From NCBI GenBank assembly GCA_964607765.1, contig CAZSNT010000033.1, positions 3,955 through 67,954 on the forward strand: DNA of 64,000 bases, read 5' to 3'. Positions 30,188 through 38,243 of the stretch are shown piece after piece (the stretch's first letter is position 1; every line of letters starts with the position of its first letter). This DNA comes from an uncultured Victivallales bacterium (lineage in GTDB: Bacteria; Verrucomicrobiota; Lentisphaeria; Oligosphaerales; JABHEG01). The translations under genes were made by a program, and so were the position numbers. Below the pieces are notes generated by a model that saw only the letters and a program-made list of their open reading frames with translations, ran no database searches and was not told the origin of the DNA.

Positions 30188-30214
30188 TGTCTCCAATCGC
30201 TTGACGATGTCGAC

Positions 30215-30264
30215 GACGATAGCGGATGACGAGTGCAAGCGCCCGATCGTTCGCCGCTATCGTC
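30215..30264. repeat. 11-bp inverted repeat GACGATAGCGG / CCGCTATCGTC with a 28-nt spacer
   Basis: The arms are at 30215-30225 and 30254-30264, with a further direct copy CCGCTATC at 30267. It sits between two sulfatase genes and could be a terminator stem or an operator. No T-tract follows. Confidence 0.5.
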
Positions 30265-30307
30265 ACCGCTATCCTCAACCGACAGAGACCGGAAAACGGA
30301 GAAGACA

Positions 30308-31789
30308 ATGACAGTCATGAACAGAACAGGTTTCCTGGTATTGGCATCAACGATTGGCCTGGCCGCCAGTGTGTGGGCGCAGCCACAGCGCCCCAACATC
30401 GTGCTCGTGATGGCCGATGACCAGGGCTGGGGCCAGGTAGGGTACTACGATCACCCGCGTCTGAAGACCCCGCACCTCGATGCGATGTCTGAGGCGGGTA
30501 TCCGTTTCGACCGCTTCTATGCGGCGGGTCCCGTCTGCTCGCCCACACGCGCGTCGGTGTTGACCGGCAGAACCCACAACCGAACCGGCGTGCCGTCGCA
30601 CGGCCACCGCCTCTGCCTTCAGGAGAAGACGCTCCCCCAAGCTCTCAAGAAGGCAGGCTACGCCACGGGGCATTTCGGCAAATGGCATCTCAATGGCGTG
30701 CGCGGCGCCGGGGCGCCAATTCTCGCGGACGATGCGAACCACCCCGGCCGATACGGTTTCGATGAGTGGCTGTCGGTCACCAATTTCTTTGATCTGAATC
30801 CGCTCATGAGTCGGAACGGCGAGTTCGAGGAGTTCAAGGGCGATTCCTCGGCCATCATTGTCGCCGAGGCGCTCACGTTCATGGCGCGGCAGAGGAAGGC
30901 CAAGTCTCCTTTCCTCGCCGTGATCTGGTACGGGTCTCCTCACAGCCCGATGAAGGCTCTGGACGAAGATCGCAAGGGACTCACTGGCGACAAACTCGGC
31001 CATCACCTCGGTGAGATTGTGGGCATTGACCGCAGCATCGGCGCCCTCAGACGGGGGTTGCGTGAGTTGGGGATCGAGAGGGACACGCTGGTCTGGTACT
31101 GCAGCGACAACGGCGGACTCAACATCGACCCCGACGCCTGCGGCGGTCTGCGAGGGAACAAGGGCAGTGTTTTCGAAGGCGGTATCCGTGTGCCGGGCAT
31201 CGTCGAATGGCCGGGTCACATCAAGCCGGCGATCACCGCTTTCCCCGCGTCCACCATGGACATCATGCCCACCATCGTCGACCTGCTCGCCCTGCCCGAC
31301 GACTCCCAGCTGACCGTGCGGGACGGTGAGAGCATCGCGGCGCTCTTCGCAGGAGCGATCCCCAAGAGAGAGCGGCCCATACCGTTCCGCTTCCAGAAGA
31401 AGGCGGCCCTCATCGAAGGCGACTACAAGCTGTTGAGCCTGAATGCCGGCAAGGACACTGAATGGAAGCTGTATGACCTGAAGAGTGATCCCGGCGAGAC
31501 GAAGGACCTGGCCGAGGATCTTCCTGAGCTCTTTGAGAGAATGAAATCGGCAGCAAAGGCCGCCATCGGCTCGATCGACGCGAGCGCACTAGGAAAGGAC
31601 TATCCGGAAGGGAAGGTCCTCCAGCCCGTGCGCAACGAGTTCTGGTACAAGCTGGAAGCGTACCGCCCGCATTTCGAGGATTTCTTCAAGCGCCCGGAAT
31701 ACGCGGGCTACAAGCAGAAGGCAATGGGACAAGGCAAGCCGAAGAAGGCAGGCAAGAAAGGCGGCAGGGAGGCGAAGAAGGCGCTGTAG
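30308..31789 (+). CDS. Cys-type sulfatase, exported, polybasic C-terminal tail
   Basis: ATG 30308 follows ACGGAGAAG, and the variant motif GACCGGAAAAC lies at 30287-30297 just upstream. The signal is MTVMNRTGFLVLASTIGLAASVWA. The signature is PVCSPTRASVLTGR and it contains WYCSDNGG. The protein ends ...GKPKKAGKKGGREAKKAL. Confidence 0.9.
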   Translation: MTVMNRTGFLVLASTIGLAASVWAQPQRPNIVLVMADDQGWGQVGYYDHPRLKTPHLDAMSEAGIRFDRFYAAGPVCSPTRASVLTGRTHNRTGVPSHGHRLCLQEKTLPQALKKAGYATGHFGKWHLNGVRGAGAPILADDANHPGRYGFDEWLSVTNFFDLNPLMSRNGEFEEFKGDSSAIIVAEALTFMARQRKAKSPFLAVIWYGSPHSPMKALDEDRKGLTGDKLGHHLGEIVGIDRSIGALRRGLRELGIERDTLVWYCSDNGGLNIDPDACGGLRGNKGSVFEGGIRVPGIVEWPGHIKPAITAFPASTMDIMPTIVDLLALPDDSQLTVRDGESIAALFAGAIPKRERPIPFRFQKKAALIEGDYKLLSLNAGKDTEWKLYDLKSDPGETKDLAEDLPELFERMKSAAKAAIGSIDASALGKDYPEGKVLQPVRNEFWYKLEAYRPHFEDFFKRPEYAGYKQKAMGQGKPKKAGKKGGREAKKAL

Positions 31790-31921
31790 AGGACTCAGAA
31801 CACGAAACACCATGACTCCGGAAGCCGCCGCCGCCGCCCGACAGTTGCCGATGGCTACCGATGGCTGCCGGAAACAGCCGACCGCCGCCGACTGGACTGT
31901 AAGTAGCAGAAGCGAGTACAG

Positions 31922-33400
31922 ATGACAACGAAACCCAACGTCCTTCTCCTTTTCTCCGATCAGCACCATGCGGATGCCATGAGTTGCGTCGGCACTACCA
32001 TTGTGCAGACGCCGACCTTCGACAGGCTGGCGGCCGAAGGAGTCCGGTTTGCCCGGGCCTACTGTCAGGATGCTATCTGCGTGCCTTCGCGGGTCTCCAT
32101 GATGAGCGGCCTCTACCCCCGAACAACCGGCTGCCTCGACAACCCCAACTGCCCGATCGACCCCGGGCAGTACGTCATGCTGCAGCGCCTCCTGCAGAAC
32201 AACGGGTATCGGACGGGATGCTTCGGCAAGCGGCATCTTCCGCACAGGAACGGCGGACAGATGTGCATGGGGTGGGACCGAAGCGCCACCACCATCAACC
32301 CGAAGCTCGACCCCTCCGACGAGAACTACTGGGACTGGCTGAAGGAGACCGGTCGCTACAAGGCATATTCGGAAACCGCCGGTGAGAACGTCCACAATTC
32401 CGACCTGTTCTGTCTCGTGTCGCACCTGGAGCCGGATGAAAGGGACGCTGCCTACACGGCTGACAAGGCCATCGAGTTCCTCCATGAGAACCAGGATCAG
32501 CCGTTCTTCTGCTGGGCATCGTTCCACGGTCCTCACCAGGCCTATGTGCCGCCGCAGAAGTGGATCGACATGTATCCCTACGACTCGATTCCACTGCCTG
32601 AGAACATCAGCGAACCGGTGGAGAATCTCCCGCCGGAGCTCCAGGGCTGGCGCCGCAACGAGAACCAACCGTGGAATCTGGGCACGGCCGCCAGGGACCA
32701 CGCGCTCTATCGGACCTACATCTCGCACTACTTCGCGCAGGTGACCGAGGTCGATCACTACGCCGGCCGGATCATCGACGAACTGGAGAGCCTGGGGCTG
32801 CGGGACAACACGATCGTCATCTACGCTTCCGACCATGGCGATTTCATGGGCCGGCACGGAATGGCCGAGAAATGCGCGCTTGGGCACAACGTGTACGAGG
32901 ACACGTTGCGCGTGCCGCTCATCGTCTCGTGGCCCGCCCGGTTTGACCGAGGCCGTGTCAGTGCGGAACTCGTGGAGTTGCTGGACGTTTACCCCACTTT
33001 GGTCGACTTGCTGGATCTCGAACTCCCGGCTGACACGCAGAGCCTGCAGGGGGTCTCGCTCAAGCCGATCCTCGAGGGCGACGACGCCCCGATCAGAGAA
33101 TACGCAGTCTCCGAGAACTGGTCGCAGGTCAGCATTGTCACAGACAAGTACAAGCTCGGGATCTGGGTCGATCCCGGCCCCATCGATCGGTACAGCATCC
33201 GCGATTTCCGGGGTCGGCATCCCGACATGCTCTTCGATCTGGAGGCCGACCCCCTCGAAGTCAGCAACCTGATCGACAGTCCCGCCCACGCAGATGTCCG
33301 GAAAACACTGTACGGCTACTACGAGCAGTGGTGCGAGAAAACGCCCGACACAGGCCGGACTGCCATCATCGATGCCTGGCTCCAGGGCCCAGCCGAGTAA
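31922..33400 (+). CDS. Cys-type sulfatase, no signal peptide
   Basis: It starts MTTKPNVLLLFSDQHH, carries the CVPSRVSMMSGLYP signature and contains VIYASDHGDF. It is a close paralogue of 23471..24967. Confidence 0.9.
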   Translation: MTTKPNVLLLFSDQHHADAMSCVGTTIVQTPTFDRLAAEGVRFARAYCQDAICVPSRVSMMSGLYPRTTGCLDNPNCPIDPGQYVMLQRLLQNNGYRTGCFGKRHLPHRNGGQMCMGWDRSATTINPKLDPSDENYWDWLKETGRYKAYSETAGENVHNSDLFCLVSHLEPDERDAAYTADKAIEFLHENQDQPFFCWASFHGPHQAYVPPQKWIDMYPYDSIPLPENISEPVENLPPELQGWRRNENQPWNLGTAARDHALYRTYISHYFAQVTEVDHYAGRIIDELESLGLRDNTIVIYASDHGDFMGRHGMAEKCALGHNVYEDTLRVPLIVSWPARFDRGRVSAELVELLDVYPTLVDLLDLELPADTQSLQGVSLKPILEGDDAPIREYAVSENWSQVSIVTDKYKLGIWVDPGPIDRYSIRDFRGRHPDMLFDLEADPLEVSNLIDSPAHADVRKTLYGYYEQWCEKTPDTGRTAIIDAWLQGPAE

Positions 33401-33410
33401 GGGAAACAGC

Positions 33411-34949
33411 ATGTGTGAGTCCGCTCGCTCGAACCACAGACCGAACCTGCTCTTCATCATGACCGACCAGCAGCGTTGGGACGCGTTGAGCCTGGCCGGC
33501 AATGCCATCCTCCACACGCCGAGCATGGACCGTATCGGGCGTGAAGGGGCGTACTTCGAGCTGTGCAACTCGCCCTGCCCGGTGTGCGGTCCGGCCCGCA
33601 GCAGCATGCTGGCAGGATGCACGGTGGAGAACACACAGGTACGCACGAACATGGATGCAGACGTGGCGGGCCGCATGCCCATGCCGAGCTATGACGAGAT
33701 CCTCGCCGACCAAGGCTACGCCACGGAGTATTACGGCAAATGGCACGCTCCCCTCGGCCGGGCTCTGAAGTACGACAACACCGTCACCCCTGCCGGCGTC
33801 GCCAGGTGGGAGCATGGCCCGGGCATGAGCCCCGACTACCAGGACTACCTCAACCAGCACATGCCGCGCACGAGCCTGTCGGGCATGACGGGTATGCAGG
33901 AGCAGACCCTCGATCTGCGCCCCTACCGCACGAACCCACTCGACACCCGCCACGGCCTCGAGCCGGGCGTGGACATGCCCGTGGTACAGCCCGACCAGCA
34001 CGGCGTGTCGACTGTCCCCGCTGAGCACACGATCACGGCTTACCAGGCGAAGTCGACTATGGACGCCCTCGAACGCCTCGCCTGCCAGGGTCGGCCCTTC
34101 TCGCTGCACTGCTCGTTCCACTGTCCCCACTCGCCGATCACACCGTCCGAACCGTATGCCTCCATGTACAAGGCCGAAGACATGCCGGTGCCAGCCAGTA
34201 TCGGCGATCCCATGGACAACTCGCCCTACTTCCACGAGAACGGGCGTTCGCGGTTCACGCAGTACGCCGATGCAACCCGGATCGGCCACATGATCGCCAA
34301 CTACTACGCATCCGTCAAGGAGATCGACGTTTGGGTGGGTAGGATTCTCGACAGACTGGATGAGCTGGGTTTGGCCGACAACACCATGGTCATCTTCACC
34401 TCGGACCACGGCGAAATGCTCGGCGCCCACGGCATGCGCGAGAAGAACATCTTCTACGAGGAATCCGTGCACGTTCCGTTGCTTGTCCGATTCCCGGGCC
34501 GTATCGCCGCCGGGACAGTTGTCCCCGCCCCCCTCTCGCAGATGGACCTGTTCGCCACCATCCTCGACTACCTCGACGCGGGCTCTCATGACTCCGATGG
34601 CGAAAGCCTGCGTCGATACATCGAGGCGGACGCGCCCGGTGACGATGCCTACGCAGTGAGCGAGTGGAACTGGCGCGGCCCGGTCCAGCCCAACCTGATG
34701 ATCCGCACCAAACGCTGGAAGTTCTTCTGCCCCAACCGCGCCGACTCCGAGGTCATGAACGTCCTCTACGACCTCGAAGCCGACCCCCACGAGATGAACA
34801 ACCTGCTCGGCAACAACCCCGAAGCAGAGCAATCGCGCCACCAGGCCGAGCACCTCAAGTCCCTGCTGGTCCAATGGCTGGAAAGAACTGCTTCGCCCCA
34901 TCTCGGTGAAGTGAGAAGCCGCGACGCTGTGGCCAAATCAAGGGACTGA
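33411..34949 (+). CDS. Cys-type sulfatase, no signal peptide
   Basis: ORF 33294..34949, trimmed to ATG 33411 (MCESARSNHRPNLLFIMTDQQRWD). The signature is CPVCGPARSSMLAG and it contains VIFTSDHGE. Confidence 0.9.
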   Translation: MCESARSNHRPNLLFIMTDQQRWDALSLAGNAILHTPSMDRIGREGAYFELCNSPCPVCGPARSSMLAGCTVENTQVRTNMDADVAGRMPMPSYDEILADQGYATEYYGKWHAPLGRALKYDNTVTPAGVARWEHGPGMSPDYQDYLNQHMPRTSLSGMTGMQEQTLDLRPYRTNPLDTRHGLEPGVDMPVVQPDQHGVSTVPAEHTITAYQAKSTMDALERLACQGRPFSLHCSFHCPHSPITPSEPYASMYKAEDMPVPASIGDPMDNSPYFHENGRSRFTQYADATRIGHMIANYYASVKEIDVWVGRILDRLDELGLADNTMVIFTSDHGEMLGAHGMREKNIFYEESVHVPLLVRFPGRIAAGTVVPAPLSQMDLFATILDYLDAGSHDSDGESLRRYIEADAPGDDAYAVSEWNWRGPVQPNLMIRTKRWKFFCPNRADSEVMNVLYDLEADPHEMNNLLGNNPEAEQSRHQAEHLKSLLVQWLERTASPHLGEVRSRDAVAKSRD

Positions 34950-34951
34950 CC

Positions 34952-35146
34952 ATGAAGCGATTGACACTGCTACTGGCATACTTCAACCTGGACGACGCCC
35001 GTTTTGCCAGGCGCAGCAACGGCGGCGATCTACGCCTGGGTTTCAGCGGAACCAAGACCGATCCCGTGATCGCCGAAGTGCTGGTAAAACCACGACCGAA
35101 CGGACGCGGACGCAAGAATGGCACGCTGCACGGTGAGGAGAGGTGA
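34952..35146 (+). pseudogene. Fragment (last ~45 aa) of the recurrent ~150-aa accessory module
   Basis: The 64-aa ORF ...LLLAYFNLDDARFARRSNGGDLRLGFSGTKTDPVIAEVLVKPR... aligns with ...WRTVVFNIDDARFAGRCHGADLRLGFNGAKTDPVIAEVTVKPRR at the end of 36176..38152. DNA similarity to 38030-38150 is obvious by eye. The first ~100 aa of the module are missing. Confidence 0.55.
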
Positions 35147-35149
35147 CCG

Positions 35150-36085
35150 ATGTCGCACAAGCAACAACCAGACTCCCTGGACTCCCCCGGCGACGCAGGA
35201 AGTGAAGGTATGGATTTCCGCAGCTTGGTGTCCGCCATCCGCCAGGTGCATGCGCACTGTACTGCGCAGGCCAGAGGCGCGGTGAACGTCTGTCTGACTC
35301 TTCGCAACTGGACTGTCGGTTGCTACATCCGTGAATACGAACAGAGAGGCGCTGACCGCGCGCAGTATGGTGCCAATCTGCTCGACAGGCTGGCCACGTC
35401 ACTTCATGGCGCGCTCGACAAGTGCTACACGGCAAGGTACTTGCGCATCTGTAGACGGTTGTACGAGGTGTACCCGCAAATTAGGAAATCGGTGATTTCC
35501 GAATTCAGCGCCAGGACGAAAGGGAAATCGGCGATTTCCAAATTGCCGGAGCATTCGGCAGACAGTGACTGCCAAATCGACACGTCTGCTCCGGTCTCGG
35601 TGTCTCTTCCCGCCGACAGACTGGTCAGGCATCTCTCCTTCACTGCGCTTGCGGAGCTCGTCAAAATCGACGCCCCCCTGAAGCGCGCATTCTACGAGGT
35701 CGAGTGCATCCGCGGCAACTGGTCGGTCCGCGCACTCAAGCGGCAGATCGCCACTCTCTACTTCGAGCGTTCCGGCTTGTCCACAGACAAAGAGAAGCTG
35801 GCAGCCATGACGCAGAGAGGCGCCGAAATCGAAGAGCCGAAACTCGCCATTCGCGACCCGTACGTCTTCGAGTTCCTCGGGCTTCGGCCCCAGGACGCCG
35901 TGGCGGAAAGCGACCTGGAGGCGGCGCTCGTCGAGAACTTGCGGGAGTTCCTGCTCGAGATGGGGCACGGTTTCTGCCTCGAGGCCCAGCAGAAGAGCAT
36001 TGTCATCGGCAACACTCGCGGCTTCGTCGATCTGGTGTCATGGAAGCGGAATGACGACTATGTCGACGTACGGCTGAGAGATTAG
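35150..36085 (+). pseudogene. DUF1016 / YhcG-like PD-(D/E)xK nuclease family gene, C-terminally truncated
   Basis: NVCLTLRNWTVGCYIREYEQRGADRAQYG, APLKRAFYEVECIRGNWSVRALKRQI, IRDPYVFEFLGL and LREFLLEMGHGFCLEAQQK match my recollection of DUF1016 proteins. The ORF stops at ...GFVDLVSWKRNDDYVDVRLRD, right after the first acidic motif and before the expected E-x-K core and C-terminal part. Confidence 0.65.
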
Positions 36086-36087
36086 GA

Positions 36088-36154
36088 CGAAAGATGAAGG
36101 CGAAAGATGAAGGGGGACCACTCCGAGGCCCTGATCTTTCGCCCTGATCTTCAC
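36088..36154. repeat. Imperfect long hairpin made of tandem CGAAAGATGAAGG x2 and inverted CCCTGATCTTYSR x2
   Basis: The left arm is cgaaagatgaagg cgaaagatgaaggggg (36088-36116). The right arm is gccctgatctttcg ccctgatcttcac (28-54). The inner 13 positions pair with 2 mismatches and the outer arm pairs less well. It ends 7 nt before the GGAAGGAG RBS of the next sulfatase. Confidence 0.6.
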
Positions 36155-36175
36155 AACCCCGGAAGGAGCGACGAA

Positions 36176-38152
36176 ATGAGAACAGACCACACGCTTGCAG
36201 CCGCCGTCCTGATCTCTGCTGCCGGTGTCTTTACACCATTGGGCGCCTCAGGTGCGGCGGTGCGGCCAAATGTGATGTTCATCGTCTGCGATGACCTGAA
36301 CACGCACGTATCCACGTCGGGGTATCCCCACATCTCCACGCCGGCCTTTGATTCGCTGGCTGCCTCGGGCATGACCTTCCACCGCGCGTATTGCCAGTAT
36401 CCGGTGTGCGGCCCGTCGCGGGCGTCGTTCCTCAGCGGGCTGTACCCGCAGTCGACCGGCGTGATCAGCAACAAGGCGGACATCCGTCGCACGCGCCCGG
36501 GAACAGTGACCATGCCCGAACGTTTCAAGCAAGCCGGCTACTGGACGGCACGGGTGGGCAAGGTCTACCACTCGCCACACACGAACCCCGGCGAACGGGC
36601 GTGGTGTGAGACCCCGGAACGGTTCAAGAACGACCCAATGCCGACCGAGATCGAGGCCCGCAAGCAGTTCGAGGCCAAACACGGCCCCGTCACCGATCGG
36701 GGCAACGGCAAAGCCTGGCGCGAGTTCCGCTACTCGTACGCGACACAGTTACGCGATCAGCACGTCGGCTACGGCCCGAGCGGCCTGCGGGACGAGCAGC
36801 ACAAGGACGGCAAGAACGCCCGGCAGGTCGCCGAGTGGTTAGGGAAGAAGGCGCACGGCAGCAAGCCCTTCTTCATCGCCTGCGGCATTCACAAGCCCCA
36901 TGTTCCCTTCCTGGCCCCGGACAAGTACTTCGACATGTACCCGCGCGAAAGTCTGACATACATCCCGACGCCGCCTGCATTCTGGAACCAAGCGCCGAAG
37001 TCGGCAGTATCTGGCCGCTACAAGGGGTTCGGGTTCGAGCTGGGCGTCGAGAACGACAGCCTGCGACGCGAGTACATGCAGGCCTATCACGCCTGCATCA
37101 GCTTCGTCGACGCGCAGATCGGCCTGGTCCTCGACGCCCTCAAGCGCACCGGACATTGGGAGGACACCATCATTGTCCTCACCTCGGACCATGGCTACCA
37201 CCTCGGCGAGCACTTCATGTGGGGCAAAGTCACGCTGTTCGAAGTGTGCGATCGCGTGCCGCTGGTCATTCGCGTGCCCCGGTCGCTGAAGGCCGGCGCA
37301 ACCACGGCCGGGGCATCCAGCCAGGGGCTGGTCGAGCTGGTGGATCTGTACCCGACCCTGGCGGAGTTGTGCGGCGTGAAGGCGCCCTCCGACCTCCAGG
37401 GCCGCAGCTTGGTGCCCATGCTGCGCGATCCGAAGACCAAGGGCAAGGAGGTCGTTTCCACCGTCGTCAGCCGCGGCGCCAAGCTCGGAAAGGCAATCCG
37501 CACGGCTCGCTGGCGCTACGCCCGGTACCCGGACAACACCGAGGAACTCTACGACTTGGAGAACGACCCGCGCGAGTGGAAGAACCTCGTGACGTCGCCT
37601 GAGCGCGCGCCCGTGCTGGAGAACATGCGAAAGAAGCTCGCGGAGATGGATGCACGCGCCGCCGCGCAGAAGACCGCCCCCCTCCCGAACTGGGCGCAGA
37701 TCGACAGCCCCAAGCTGGTGCCGGGCCCGGGCGTCCGCATGGTCCCGCACACGGAGGCCGGGGATTCCGCGCGGATGTCGCCCATCGAGATCAAGGGGCG
37801 TTCCGCCTGGAAAGCGGAGAAGCGGGCCAAAGGCAAACCCACCTACGCCTACTTCCGGCTTGAGGACGAGAATCTCCGCAACGGCAAGCAACCCCGCGTG
37901 CAGGTCTCTATCACGCTCCTGGACAAAGGCAACGCCAGCACCGCCATCCAGTATGACCCGAGCGACGGCAAACCGTTCAAGGTGCTGAGGAGAATCGAAC
38001 TGGGATCCTCGGGCCAATGGCGGACTGTGGTCTTCAACATCGACGACGCCCGGTTCGCTGGACGTTGCCACGGTGCCGACCTGCGCCTGGGCTTCAACGG
38101 CGCGAAAACAGATCCCGTGATCGCCGAGGTGACAGTCAAACCGCGCAGATAG
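36176..38152 (+). CDS. Cys-type sulfatase, exported, fused to a C-terminal ~150-aa uncharacterised module
   Basis: ATG 36176 lies 7 nt after GGAAGGAG. The signal is MRTDHTLAAAVLISAAGVFTPLGASGA. The signature is PVCGPSRASFLSGLYP and it contains VLTSDHGY. Residues encoded by about 37685-38149 form the recurrent module (...TYAYFRLEDENLRNGKQPRVQVSITLLD...IQYDPSD...WRTVVFNIDDARFAGRCHGADLRLGF...). Confidence 0.85.
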   Translation: MRTDHTLAAAVLISAAGVFTPLGASGAAVRPNVMFIVCDDLNTHVSTSGYPHISTPAFDSLAASGMTFHRAYCQYPVCGPSRASFLSGLYPQSTGVISNKADIRRTRPGTVTMPERFKQAGYWTARVGKVYHSPHTNPGERAWCETPERFKNDPMPTEIEARKQFEAKHGPVTDRGNGKAWREFRYSYATQLRDQHVGYGPSGLRDEQHKDGKNARQVAEWLGKKAHGSKPFFIACGIHKPHVPFLAPDKYFDMYPRESLTYIPTPPAFWNQAPKSAVSGRYKGFGFELGVENDSLRREYMQAYHACISFVDAQIGLVLDALKRTGHWEDTIIVLTSDHGYHLGEHFMWGKVTLFEVCDRVPLVIRVPRSLKAGATTAGASSQGLVELVDLYPTLAELCGVKAPSDLQGRSLVPMLRDPKTKGKEVVSTVVSRGAKLGKAIRTARWRYARYPDNTEELYDLENDPREWKNLVTSPERAPVLENMRKKLAEMDARAAAQKTAPLPNWAQIDSPKLVPGPGVRMVPHTEAGDSARMSPIEIKGRSAWKAEKRAKGKPTYAYFRLEDENLRNGKQPRVQVSITLLDKGNASTAIQYDPSDGKPFKVLRRIELGSSGQWRTVVFNIDDARFAGRCHGADLRLGFNGAKTDPVIAEVTVKPRR

Positions 38153-38164
38153 GCCGTCTTTGCC

Positions 38165-38210
38165 TCGACAGGCATCGACAGGCATCGACAGACATCGATA
38201 GGTATCGACA
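38165..38210. repeat. 10-bp tandem repeat TCGACAGGCA x4.6
   Basis: tcgacaggca tcgacaggca tcgacagaca tcgataggta tcgaca lies between the stop at 38152 and the RBS at 38231. The period of one helical turn would place every copy on the same DNA face. Confidence 0.85.
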
Positions 38211-38243
38211 TCCGGCACTGGAGCGGTGCCAAAGGAGCCCCAC

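Noticed and set aside
34952-35146. The 64-aa ORF as a genuine small protein
   Set aside because: It matches only the last third of a ~150-aa module found intact three times nearby and lacks the conserved N-terminal two thirds. Expression cannot be excluded, because it has an ATG and a weak RBS.
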